From assembly GCA_963696385.1 (NCBI GenBank), contig CAVOKF010000004.1, forward strand, positions 704,001-768,000: DNA of 64,000 nucleotides, read 5' to 3'. The position numbers and the translations under genes were made by a program. This document shows, one piece after another, positions 22,477 to 32,780 of the stretch. Numbering within the stretch: the stretch's first letter is position 1; the number at the start of each line of letters is the position of its first letter. The notes beneath the pieces were generated by a model. That model was given only the letters and a program-made list of their open reading frames with translations. It had not been told where the DNA came from and made no database searches. Source of the DNA: an uncultured delta proteobacterium (GTDB lineage Bacteria > Myxococcota_A > Polyangia > Polyangiales > Polyangiaceae).

Positions 22477-24605
22477 TTATCTCTTCGACACGACGCTCCA
22501 GGTCAAGGCCTGCGCATCGCGCACGTCGTCGGTGCCAGGGCTTACCCGTCGATAGCGACCTTCTGCATCCATCTCGTAGACGCGGCAGGTGTCCAAATCG
22601 AGTGGCGCTTGGCATTCGCGACGCAAGCGATCGCACAGCGCTGGGCTCGTGACGGGAAACAGCAATTCGACGCGGCGATCGAGGTTTCGCGGCATCCAGT
22701 CCGCGGAGGCAAGAAAGAACTCCTCCTCGCCCAAAGGCCCGAAACCGTACAGTCGTTCATGTTCGAGGAATCTGCCGACGAGCGAGCGAACTCGTATTCG
22801 ATCCGAAACGCCCGGCATTCTCGGCCTTAGGCAGCAGATTCCGCGAACGACCAGATCGACTTCGACCCCGACTTGAGACGCTGCATACAGCGCGCGGATG
22901 ATCTCGGGGTCCACCAGCGCGTTGAGCTTGGCGAAGATTCTCGCCGCAAGGCCCGAGCGGGCGCGGTCGGATTGGGCCCCGATTTTTTCGAGGAAGGCGT
23001 GCCGCAGCCTCTTCGGTGCGACCGCGATCTTGCGATACGGGTAACTCCGCGAGAACCCCGACAGGGCGTTGAAGAGCTCCGATAGGTCATCGCCGATCTC
23101 GGTGTCGGCGGTGAGCAGGCCCACGTCCGTATAGAGCTTCGCCGTCGAGGCGTTGTAGTTGCCCGTCGACAGATGCACGTAGCGCCGAAGCTCGTCGCCT
23201 TCGCGCCGCACGACGAGCAAGGCTTTGGCGTGCGTCTTCAGCCCGCGCGATCCGTAGAAGACGTGCACGCCGGCCCGCTCCATGGCGCGGGCCCATCCGA
23301 TGTTGTTCTCCTCGTCGAAGCGGGCCTTCAGCTCGATCGATACGGCGACTTGTTTGCCGTTGTCCGCAGCGCGCACCAGCGTGCGGACGACCTCGGCGTT
23401 CGATCCGGCGCGGTAGAGGGTCATCTTGATCGCCAGCACGTTCGGATCGTCGGCGGCGAACGACAAGAGGTCGAGAACCGGTACGAACGACTCGTACGGA
23501 TGGTGCAGCAAGATGTCGTGTTCTCGAATCGCCTCGAATGGACTGTCGTGCGCAGCCCATTCGGGAGGAACGCGCGGCGGCAGCAGCGGGTCGCGCAGAT
23601 CCGGACGCGGCAGCGATGCGAGCGAGAACAGGGACGCGAAACCGAGCAGAGATCCGCACTCGTACAGGTCGTCGGGGTCGAGTTCGAGCTTTTCGAGCAA
23701 CAGCGTCCGAATCCGCTCGGGAACGCCCGGCGCGACCTCCAAACGAACGCCGGCGCCGAAGCGGCGCCTCCTCACCTCGCGGTCGACGAGCGCCAAGAGA
23801 TCGTCGGCCTCTTGCTCCAGGATTTCGAAGTCCATGTCTCGCGTGACGCGGAATGCATGAGATCCACGATCCGCATACCCGGGAATAAATCGCTCAGATT
23901 CGAGGCAATCACGTCTTCGAGCGGCACGAATTCGAGGTGCGCCGTGCCTTTGGCGTGCGGGTCCGCTGGTTCGTGGCCAAGGGGCACGAATCGCGGCAGG
24001 CTTTCGGGAACTTTGACGCGCGCGAAACGCCATTCGAGCGTAGTGGGCTCCTCGACTTCCACCGCGAGCGATAAAGATAGATTCGACAGAAATGGAAAGG
24101 GATGGAGGGGATCGACGGCGAGCGGAGTCAGGATCGGGAACACCGATTTGCGAAAATAGGCCCTGAGCCACTCGTGCTCCGAGGCGCTCAGCGAATGGGT
24201 GGGACGTATGCGGATTCCGGCGTTCGCGAGCGCCGGCAGGAGATCGCGCTCGAACAGGGCATCCGCTCGGGTGAGGTCGGCGAGCACCGTGTGACGGACC
24301 TGCTCGAGCTGCTCGGGGACCGACAGGCCGTCGGCCCCCGCAGTGGGAACGAGGGCCTCGAGCTGCTCGTGGAGACCCGACACGCGAATCATGAAAAATT
24401 CGTCCAAGTTCGAGCCGAAGATCGCCAAGAACTTCAGCCGCTCGAGCAGAGGCCATGCGTCGTCGCAGGCTTGGTCGAGTACGCGGGCGTTGAACGCCAG
24501 CCACGAAAGTTCTCGGTTAATGAAGAGGCGCGCATCGTCGACTGCGCCGGCCGGCTTGGGACTCGACGAAGCGACGGGCGCGCCTTCGCCGCCGGAGAGG
24601 GTCAT
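22477..24605 (-). CDS. ppk1: Polyphosphate kinase 1 (one-base frameshift at ~23865 in this assembly)
   Basis: FINRELSWLAFNARVL, NLDEFFMIRV in one frame; FRVTRD, LLHHPYESF, ELKARFDEENNI, KTHAK, STGNYN, GRFLEH, SADWMPRNLDRRVE in the other; span 2129 nt = 3n+2. Confidence 0.93.
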
Positions 24606-24774
24606 GACCGACCGGTCGCAGACCTTTGCGACGAACCTGCGTGGATTTGTTCACGATGTGGCAAAAACGATGCGTAGGCGGCGCTCCAGCGCCTCTTTGT
24701 GCGGGCCCGCCTCTATGTTAGGAGACCTGCAAGAGGTGCCACCTGAACGCCCACGGGGCAAGGATTGGAGACCC

Positions 24775-24927
24775 ATGAAGAGAACGCTGATTGCTGCGAC
24801 CCTTTTTCTTGCCCTGGGTGCGCTTGGGGTGGGGCTCGTTTTTGGCTCTGCCGGTCAGGCCCGCGCGGCGAGCCTCGCCGAGAGTCGGCTGAGTACCCCG
24901 TCGGACGGGGATGGCGGAGGTTGGTGA
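24775..24927 (+). CDS. Small secreted peptide (50 aa; signal peptide + 19-aa tail ending DGDGGGW)
   Basis: GGAG RBS, MKR + hydrophobic core + ARA cleavage site; stop overlaps next gene start. Confidence 0.6.
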   Translation: MKRTLIAATLFLALGALGVGLVFGSAGQARAASLAESRLSTPSDGDGGGW

Positions 24928-27022
24928 TCGCCTTGCGCGCGCCGGAGCGGCGCTCTCGCTCGCAGTCGCCGTAGGGAGCTGCACGCCGGGTTCAGGTCCC
25001 CATGTCCCGCCCGCGCCCGGGCCCGCGAAAGGTGCACGCGCGGAGGCGCTTTCGGACCGGCTGGCTGGGTTACGCGCTTGGGAGGGTGCGACCCGAGATC
25101 GCACCGACTTCGCTCGCGTGCGAACGTCCGACATCGCTCTCGGCACGGATCCCTACGTCATTCGGCGCATGGATGGCCCGAAAGGCGACGATCCAGCGCA
25201 GGCCGGGCGCTTCGTCGGCATTTTGCGTGGGCGCGGGGCGCTGGTGGAGCTCGATGAAGCCTTGCACGAGGTTCACCGGCTCGCAGCGCCGGGTTCCCCG
25301 AGCGGTCTGGCGGTCTCGCCGGCCGCGGTGTTTGCCGTCGGCGAGCTCTCCAGCCGCGTCGCGCGTTTCCGCAGCGTGCGCGGGCGCCTCGAGCCCGCGG
25401 GGTTCATCAATCTCCCCGGGGTTCGTGCGATGCGCGATGTCGCGACGGGCCCTGAGGGCGTCGTGTACATCGTTGAGGAGCACGATGGTCGGCTCGTGAC
25501 GTTGCGTCCCGGAAGCGATGACGAGGAGACCCCGGCGGCGCGGGTGGACGCCGTACTGTGCCAGGGTCCCATACACGTGCTGAGGGTGGCGAAGTTCCTT
25601 CTGGTGGATTGTCTCATCGACCATCAAGTGGTCATCCAGTCGGTCGATGCCCGCGGGTTCCCCGACCCTTCGACCGAGATCCGCATCGCCCGAGACGGTC
25701 CGATTTGGGGGATCGATGCTCTGCCGCGGGCGGACGGGTTGATGGTCGCTGTCGGAGCCGTCGAGGATCACCCGCTGGATCGCACTCAGGGGTCATTCGG
25801 CTTCATCGACTCATTCGTCGCGCTGTATGGGGTGGACAACGGCCGAGCGGCCAAGATCGGAGAAGTGAACGCGTCCGCCTACGGGCTTGTGACGCCCAAG
25901 GCATTGAAGGTCCTGCCTCTTCTCCCCTCCGGCGGGCTCGAAATCGTCGTCGCTGGTTATGGCTCCGATCGTCTCGCTCGGTTCGACTGGACGGATGCGA
26001 ATCCGCTTGGGTCGCCGACCGTCCAAATGCGCACCATCCCGCCGGGAGCCGCTATGATCGAAGCCGCCGGAGATGGATCCTGGCTCATCGCCGATCCGTT
26101 GATCGATTCGTGGGTGCGGGTCACATCGTCCGATACTGTCGTAATGCCCGTGGAGGACGACCTGTCGCGTCAGCGCACGGTCGACTCGAGGTTGGGTGAG
26201 GCACTCTTTTTCACCACGCTGATGGCGCCGTGGAACCGGTCGGACGGCCGTCTCAGTCGCTTCACGTGCGAGACATGCCACTTCGAAGGTTACGTCGATG
26301 GTCGCACCCACCGCACCGGTCGTGGCGATATCCTGGCGACGACGAAGCCGCTGGCCGGGCTGCTGAACAATCGACCCCACTTTTCGCGAGCTCTCGATCC
26401 GGACCTGACGACGATGGCGGACAACGAGTTTCGCGTTGCCGGAGCGAAGAGCGACCACGATCCATGGTTCGCTCTGTCGGCCGAGGACTTTCCGTGGATC
26501 CGCCGCCTCGGCGTGACCGGAACGACGCTCACCGCCGAAACTCTTCGACGCTCCCTCGTGAGTTTCTTCATGGATTTCACACCGCGGCCAAACCCTTCCG
26601 TCGAGGGTCGCACGCATTTTAGCGATCTCGAGCGTTCGGGTGCGATCGTTTTCCGGGACGAGTGCGAAGGTTGTCACCAAGCCCGTCTGGTGGCCGACGA
26701 CCCGTCGACCCGCGTTCCGTTCGAAGGATGGCAAGCTCTCGTGATGACGCCTCAAGGAGCGATCGTTTGGGCCCGTGCCGAATACGCGAAGACGGGGGTC
26801 ACGCCTTACGTCAACGAGCGTGGCGCACGGGTCGTTTCGCTGAGGCGCCTGTACAAGAAGCACCCGTATTTCACGAACGGAACCGCGAGGGACGTACGCG
26901 GGGTCCTCGATCGCGTTCGAGTGGCAGACACCCGCTTCTTCCACGAGGGCGGGTCCGAATCCGCGCGAAGCCTCTCGGAAGCGGAAAAAACGGCCTTGGC
27001 GGCATTTCTCGACTTGCTTTGA
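24911..27022 (+). CDS. Lipoprotein with beta-propeller-like region and di-heme cytochrome c (bCcP/MauG superfamily) domain
   Basis: Lipobox VGSC; LGEALFF..CETCH (26267-81); GAIVF..CEGCH (26663-77); SLRRLYKKHPYFTNG; LSEAEKTALAAFL. Confidence 0.8.
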   Translation: MAEVGDRLARAGAALSLAVAVGSCTPGSGPHVPPAPGPAKGARAEALSDRLAGLRAWEGATRDRTDFARVRTSDIALGTDPYVIRRMDGPKGDDPAQAGRFVGILRGRGALVELDEALHEVHRLAAPGSPSGLAVSPAAVFAVGELSSRVARFRSVRGRLEPAGFINLPGVRAMRDVATGPEGVVYIVEEHDGRLVTLRPGSDDEETPAARVDAVLCQGPIHVLRVAKFLLVDCLIDHQVVIQSVDARGFPDPSTEIRIARDGPIWGIDALPRADGLMVAVGAVEDHPLDRTQGSFGFIDSFVALYGVDNGRAAKIGEVNASAYGLVTPKALKVLPLLPSGGLEIVVAGYGSDRLARFDWTDANPLGSPTVQMRTIPPGAAMIEAAGDGSWLIADPLIDSWVRVTSSDTVVMPVEDDLSRQRTVDSRLGEALFFTTLMAPWNRSDGRLSRFTCETCHFEGYVDGRTHRTGRGDILATTKPLAGLLNNRPHFSRALDPDLTTMADNEFRVAGAKSDHDPWFALSAEDFPWIRRLGVTGTTLTAETLRRSLVSFFMDFTPRPNPSVEGRTHFSDLERSGAIVFRDECEGCHQARLVADDPSTRVPFEGWQALVMTPQGAIVWARAEYAKTGVTPYVNERGARVVSLRRLYKKHPYFTNGTARDVRGVLDRVRVADTRFFHEGGSESARSLSEAEKTALAAFLDLL

Positions 27023-27097
27023 CGCACACTCGTCGACATGACCCCTGGACTTGGTCTAAGGTCGCCTCGCTTGTTTTCGGAAGGGGTAATCAGAAAT

Positions 27098-27628
27098 ATG
27101 TTGAAGCAAAAATACGCAGGGGCGCTTGCACTTGTCGCGATCACGGGGGCGATCACGTGGGGGGGAGTCGTCGTCACCGGTTGCTCGTCCAGTGAGTCGA
27201 GCTCTCCCCCCGAGGACTCGGGGTTGGACCAAAGCGCTTCCGACGCGCCGAGCGATCAGGGAACGGGTTCCGAGACGACGGCCGACGCCTCCGATGCCGG
27301 CGTGAGCGACGCCTCCGACGGCGCGGTCGGCGATGCGTCCGATGCCGGCGTGAGCGATGCGTCCGATGGCGGCCACGGCGATGCGTCCGACGGCGAGGTC
27401 GGTGACGCCTCCGATGCCGGCGTGAGCGATGCGTCCGATGGCGGCCACGGCGATGCGTCCGACGGCGAGGTCGGCGACGCGTCCGACGGCGCGGTGGGCG
27501 ATGCGTCCGACAGCGGGGTGGGCGATGCGTCCGACAGCGGGGTGGGCGATGCGTCCGACAGCGGGGTGGGCGATGCGTCCGACAGCGGCAGCGACGCGCC
27601 CTCGGATGGCTCAGTCGAAGCCGACTAA
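27098..27628 (+). CDS. Acidic low-complexity lipoprotein with DASDxxxx octapeptide repeats
   Basis: Lipobox VTGC; about 13 DASD(A/G/S)xxx units. Confidence 0.75.
   Translation: MLKQKYAGALALVAITGAITWGGVVVTGCSSSESSSPPEDSGLDQSASDAPSDQGTGSETTADASDAGVSDASDGAVGDASDAGVSDASDGGHGDASDGEVGDASDAGVSDASDGGHGDASDGEVGDASDGAVGDASDSGVGDASDSGVGDASDSGVGDASDSGSDAPSDGSVEAD
27284..27595 (+). repeat. 24-bp coding tandem repeat (~13 copies)
   Basis: Units such as GATGCGTCCGACAGCGGGGTGGGC repeated with variants. Confidence 0.9.
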
Positions 27629-27634
27629 CGGAAA

Positions 27635-27668
27635 CGGGGCACCGGGCTGACAACAGCCCGGTGTCTCG
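27635..27668. terminator. Stem-loop between convergent genes
   Basis: CACCGGGCTG-ACAA-CAGCCCGGTG (27640-63), extendable with G-U pairs; no strong U tract. Confidence 0.5.
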
Positions 27669-27727
27669 CAATTTCCGCGTTTCGGGTTACCGGATCCGGC
27701 TGGCCGCTGTCCTGTCGCAGCCGGCCA

Positions 27728-28229
27728 TCACTTAATGAAGTATCCTGAAACGCGCCATCGCCCATCGCGTTCCTTGGTCGGCGTGACCGTCTCGATTGCA
27801 CCCGGCTTCTTTTCGAAGTGCGTGTCGAACTTGAGCACCACGTATTGTCCGTCCGGGGCGCCCGGCAGTGTCGTCGAGAATTTCGCCGTCTTGAGCGTTC
27901 GCGAGAATCACCTTGCCGAGCGGATCGCGCACTCCATGGACGGCCCTCTCCCAGCCCGCCTGGTCGAGGGTGCCTCTGAAGAGAGCCGCGGCCTCGCTGA
28001 AGCTCTGCCCGTTGTTGCCGGCGTCCACGAGAGCGAGCCAGGCTTCGGCCGCCGCGCGTGCAGCCTTCTCGTCCCCCGCGGTCGATGCATCGGCTGCGGC
28101 CGCCGGCGCCTCAGTCGTCTGAGCGTCGATTCCCGGCGATTTCCTCTCCGTACAGCCGCAGACCGCGAGCAGCGCCGCAACGGTGGCACGCAAGAGGTCC
28201 AGCCGGGCCCTCGCGCGTCGGTGAGCCAT
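27728..28229 (-). CDS. DUF4019-like lipoprotein (one-base frameshift at ~27907)
   Basis: VCGC lipobox, AAEAWLALVDAG, RDPLGKV in one frame; LPGAPDGQYVVLKFDTHFEKK..AIETVT...DGRWRVSGYFIK in the other. Confidence 0.85.
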
Positions 28230-28381
28230 TGCGCCGAGGCTAACTCCGCTCGCACGCCGGAGCAATAACAGGTTGGTTCGACCTCCGCTCTTGGTTCGCA
28301 CGTGCGCGGCCTTTGCGTCCGTTTGCGCCGTGCAGCAGCGCGTCCGGGGGGATGGATCCGGGGAACATACGAAACGGACCC

Positions 28382-29017
28382 CTACGGATTGCGGCGGACA
28401 GGGAACGACGCAAGAACCAGCTCGACGGCGCGGCTCAAGCGCCCATAGTCGACCGGTCCGGGATTGACCTCGGTACGAGCCGAGCCGTGCCAGACGAGTT
28501 GATGGGTTTCCCCATCGAACGCGTCGATCACGAATGCACCCTCGACGAGGTCTCCCTCCTCTTGGTCGAGCTCTCCGTGGTATTCCGATGTCCCCATGTC
28601 GGCGGGGCCCGGCACGTTGCCCGGGGTGTCGTTTGCGCGCGACGCCTCCGGCAAACCGGAGACGCCACCGCCGAGCGGCATGATCCCCGTGCCGGTCGGC
28701 ACCTCCACCTCGCGACGCCCGGCCTCGACTCTCACGACGAGATCGGCCTGATCGCGGGCGGCGAGTCGGTACCCTCGGCTCTGAAGAATTTCCGCGGCGA
28801 GCTGCCGGACGTGATCGCGCACATCGGCCGATCGAGGCGAGGCCGCATGGCCGGCAGGAGCCCGGCGGCTCACGTCGAAAGCGATCGTCCGGTACCGTTC
28901 GAAGTGGGCATCGGGCGATTGAATCGCGTGAACGTGGATCGCCGGTGCGCAGCCTGAGCCGCCGCTCATCAGCGCGGCGACCAGAACGAGAAGGGAGATC
29001 TTCACGGGGTGGGCCAT
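28382..29017 (-). CDS. DUF4136-like lipoprotein
   Basis: SGC lipobox, FERYRT, LQSRGY, ADLVV, EGAFVIDAFDGETHQLVWHG, AVELVLASFP. Confidence 0.85.
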   Translation of the reverse strand: MAHPVKISLLVLVAALMSGGSGCAPAIHVHAIQSPDAHFERYRTIAFDVSRRAPAGHAASPRSADVRDHVRQLAAEILQSRGYRLAARDQADLVVRVEAGRREVEVPTGTGIMPLGGGVSGLPEASRANDTPGNVPGPADMGTSEYHGELDQEEGDLVEGAFVIDAFDGETHQLVWHGSARTEVNPGPVDYGRLSRAVELVLASFPVRRNP

Positions 29018-29170
29018 CTTACGGCGTCTCACCGGATCCTGCTCGACGCGAGTACGGGCAACTCTGGCGCGTTTTTCCGCGCGCGGATGCGGCCGGCGTC
29101 CCGGCGGCCGGAACGAGACCTCGGGTCGGGCTCCCGGCTGGGAGGTCGGCCGGATCGGGCCAGCCCCGGT

Positions 29171-30085
29171 TCATTGGAGTCGCTCGAGAAGATCTTCACG
29201 TTCCAGCGCCAAGGCTCCGAGCGTCGTTCGGACCATGTCGAAGTGCTCCTCCAAGAGGTCGAGCCAATCTGCGACGCGAAACGTGAGCGCGCGTCCGCTC
29301 GTGAGCGCGCGCGCCTCCCACCCGAGGATCGGGTCTCCGAAAGCGGCGGCGCCGCACACGAAGTCGCCCGCGCGACCTCGCCACACGACCTGCGGAGCCG
29401 AGTGCACGGCTTCGACCTCTCCATCGAGAAGAAGCACGACTCGTCCGCCGGGATTTCCACGCTCGATCAAGATGTCGTCGCGGTCGAATGCCATGACCTC
29501 GGAGGCGACCGCGAGGTCGCTCAAGGTCTGCACCCCGGCACCGCGGAGCAGCGGCGCTTCCGTCAGCACGGCGAGCCGCTCGATCACGTCGAGCTGAAGG
29601 CCGGGCGGACAGGGCGGCGGCGCCCCGCGACGTGAATCGCCGCCCGCCGCCCAAAGTCTTTGCTCGAGCTCCGCCACGGTTCTCACCGATCCGAACACGG
29701 CTGATCGGGTCAGCGCGAAGCTCTCAGAAAGAAGCTCAATCCACGCTTCGGCCTGAACCTTCATCGCCTCGATGTCCGTGAGCGCGATCGCCGTCCGAAT
29801 GCGCGGCCGCTCGAGCAGAGCGTCGGACATGCCGAACACGGATCGGCTCTCGTAGGTCCATGGCGCGCTCCCCTCGCGCACGAGCCGCACACGGCCCTTA
29901 CGGAGGAAGTAGTAAAATTCGGGCGGGTCGCCCGCAGAAAACAGAGTCTCGCCGGCTTGGGCGATCTGCTCCTCGAGCAGGGAAGTCAAGCGATCGGTCA
30001 CCCAGGACTCCGTTACGCCCGCATGCGCGCCGAAGGCGGCCAGGAACAGCTCACGATGGATCCGCTCGAGCTCCACATCAGGCAT
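29171..30085 (-). CDS. Tandem cyclic-nucleotide-binding domain protein
   Basis: AGETLFSAGDPPEFYYFLRKGRV..SVFG...PRIRTAIALTD; second degenerate domain LIERGNPGGRVVLLLDGEV; overlaps upstream stop. Confidence 0.85.
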   Translation of the reverse strand: MPDVELERIHRELFLAAFGAHAGVTESWVTDRLTSLLEEQIAQAGETLFSAGDPPEFYYFLRKGRVRLVREGSAPWTYESRSVFGMSDALLERPRIRTAIALTDIEAMKVQAEAWIELLSESFALTRSAVFGSVRTVAELEQRLWAAGGDSRRGAPPPCPPGLQLDVIERLAVLTEAPLLRGAGVQTLSDLAVASEVMAFDRDDILIERGNPGGRVVLLLDGEVEAVHSAPQVVWRGRAGDFVCGAAAFGDPILGWEARALTSGRALTFRVADWLDLLEEHFDMVRTTLGALALEREDLLERLQ

Positions 30086-32754
30086 GGCCGGCCTCGGGCA
30101 GGTGCGACGGGTTCTCGGTGGCCGATAGGGACCGCTCTTTCGTGCAGGCCGCCGCAAGGCCAGCCAGGATCGGGTCGCGGTCACGCATGAGCGTGGCGAG
30201 GGCCTCATCGCGCCCGCGGGGAATCGCCGGCCCACCCAAAGAAGCCGCTCGCGCGGCGCGCTCCGGCAAAGACAGGTCCTCCGTAATCAGACGGAGCAGG
30301 GCGCGGAGCTGCTCTTGGTCGCGGTGTCTCAGTAGCGCATCGAGCAGCTCGCCGGCGTTGGCACGCGTGTACGGGTCGTCCGAGAGGCACGCGAGCCGCA
30401 CGCGCCGGAAGTCTTCGCGCGGGTGGGCGATGGCGAGGAGTCGAAAGACGCGCTCGATCGACTGGCGGAGCTTGTCGTCGAGGAGGCCATCGAGCAGCCG
30501 AGCGGCCGCCCCGGGATGGCCCTGCACGAGCGGGGCTGCGCCGAGAGCCACTCGACTTGCGAGCAAGCGGAAGTGCCGGGTGAGCGCGGCCCGAGCGATC
30601 CGTTCGACCCGGGCGCGATCCAACGGGATGCGCCTCTCCGTGACGAGAATCTCCAGTGCACGGATCGACTTGTAGCGGACGAGGCCGTCCTCCTCCGTTT
30701 CGATGTTGTCGAGAAGGTGCTCGGCCGCAGCCCTCGTGCCGAATCGCCCGAGCGTCTTTGGAAGGTGAATGCGGTCGCGGTGCGGTCGCGTCGTGTCGCG
30801 CAGCGCCCACCAGACGGCCTGCAGAGCGTCTTCCCCGAACGCGACGAGCGCGGCCCGGACCGCCTCGCGCCCCTCTCGCGCCGACAGGAGTTCGACCAGA
30901 CGAGGGATGAGCCGCGGGTCGCGCTGACGCGCGGCCGCCCGTGCGAGCAGCTCGGTGTGCTCGGGCGATGTGTCCGTGGAATCGCCGAGCGCCAAAAGGA
31001 GGCGCGACAGCGCCGGCGTCGGGGCGACGTCGGCGATGGCGGCCAGCATGCCGAGTCGCCCGCGGTCGCCCGAGTCGCCGACTTCGCGCAGTTGAGTGCG
31101 GAATCCGTTCGTCTTCCATCGCGTCCTCCATGGGGTCGCGCAGGGCCAGAACGACGGTCGCGTATCCGCGCACGCGTGAGCCGACGTCGTCTGCCAAACG
31201 TGCGACGTCGAGTTCGTTGTGCATCGCGAGCGCGCGGGCCGCCGCCATTCGGACGCCTTCACGACGATCTCCGAGCAATCGGTGCGCCAGGACCATCCAA
31301 TCGGTGCGCGTGGATGCCCCGAAGTGATCGAGGGCCTCGGTGAGCACCCGCTCGTCGGAGTGCAGCAGGATCAACGCCGGCACGAAGCCTTCGTGGCCGC
31401 GACGCGACAGGGCTTTCATCGCGCCGACCACCTCGAGGGGGTCCTCGCTCGCGAGGTGCTGGACGAGGATTTGCGCGCTCTCGAGGTCCAATGGCCCCGG
31501 GCTGTCTTGCCCCTGCAGAGAGCCGACCGTGACAGCCTTCCGGAGCAGAGCCAGATAAGGCTTGTGCATCGTCACGGCCACCGCGAGCCACGTACCGGCT
31601 AGTGCGGCGACGCCCCACGGAAGCAGCCACGGCGCCGTCGCCCAGGTCCCGCTCAGCGCCAGGAGCCCGGCCCCCGTGAGGGTCTGCGACGCACGCACCA
31701 GTGCGCCGTCGATCAACGGCTTGAAGTGTTGGCGTATCCGCACCGGCAGCGGCAGGTAGATGAGCTCTCCCGAGATGCGGTGCATCGAGTATCGTAGGGC
31801 GCCGTCGATCGCCTTCATCACGAGCACGGCGCTCAACGCGCCCCCGAACAAAACCACTTCTGCGGCGCCGAGCAGCAAGAGCACCGGCGTCACGATTACG
31901 GCTGCCGTGACGCCGAGACGCCGCACGACGGCGCTGCCCAGGAGTACCTGCACGATCAGCGAGAGAACGTTGAGCGCGAGATAGTAGCGGGCAATGAATG
32001 GCCCGATGCTCGCGCTTGGCATCGACCGAGCCACGGTCGACTTGAAGCAGTAGTCGAGTACGAGGAGCGTTGCCGTGGAAAGCACGACGCTCAGCGCGAT
32101 GCGGGACAATAGCGGCTGATCGCGAAGCGCACGCCACGTATCGGTCAGGGTCGGCGCCGCCTCGGGTCCGAAGCGCCGCTCGTCGCCGCCGACTCGCAGC
32201 AGAGCCGTGCAAGCCATCAAAAAAAATGCCGCCGAGACGAGCAGGAGCGCCTTGACCGACAGCACGAGCAGCAGCGCTGCGGCCGTTCCGGATCCGACGA
32301 TACCGCCCAGAACACCCGCGGCGGCAATCAAGCCGAACAGCCGTCGGCTCTGTGCGACCGTGAGGGCCTTGCCGACCAGCGTCCAGAATTGCGGGACGAC
32401 GATCGATCCAACCAGGCCGCTCACCACGTATACGGCCATGGCGGACGGCGTGCTCGCCGGGACGGCAAAGAGGGCGATGGCCAGGACCGCCGCGATGGCC
32501 AACGTTCCTCCCAAAGACAGGCGCGCCCCGAAGCGCTCGGCCGCGAGTGCGGCCAGCGATGCGGCCGGCCATGCGCACACCGCGATGGCGATGTAGACGA
32601 TCCCGAGCGCCCGCGGCCCCGGGCCCGCAAGCAGGAGGGCGTCGCGGGCGGCTTCGAGCACGGTGTGCCCGGTGATGATGAGCAAGAGGACGGACGCGAA
32701 CCCCAGCAGGGCCACACGCCCTTCGCCGTCGCGCACGTCCAGGAGGCGAGGCAT
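30078..32754 (-). CDS. NTT (TLC ATP/ADP translocase)-like MFS transporter fused to HEAT repeats (one-base frameshift at ~31103)
   Basis: LEAARDALLL, QFWTL..QSRRLFGLIAAAGVLGGIVG, LRYSMHRISGELIYLPLP..KPLIDG; C-terminal HEAT-like repeats split over two frames; span 3n+1. Confidence 0.8.
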
Positions 32755-32780
32755 GGCTCGACGCAATCGAGAAGGCTCGT

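Noticed and set aside
23855..23875. Programmed ribosomal frameshift in ppk1
   Set aside because: No slippery heptamer or homopolymer tract; an indel error next to GATC is simpler
24640..24680. Pho box upstream of ppk1
   Set aside because: Only weak GCCAC/GAAC half-sites with wrong spacing
27284..27595. CRISPR array
   Set aside because: Repeats are contiguous 24-bp in-frame coding units without unique spacers; no cas genes
29066..29082. Sigma-54 promoter (TGGCGCG-TTTT-TCCG)
   Set aside because: -12 TTGC missing and no plus-strand gene follows
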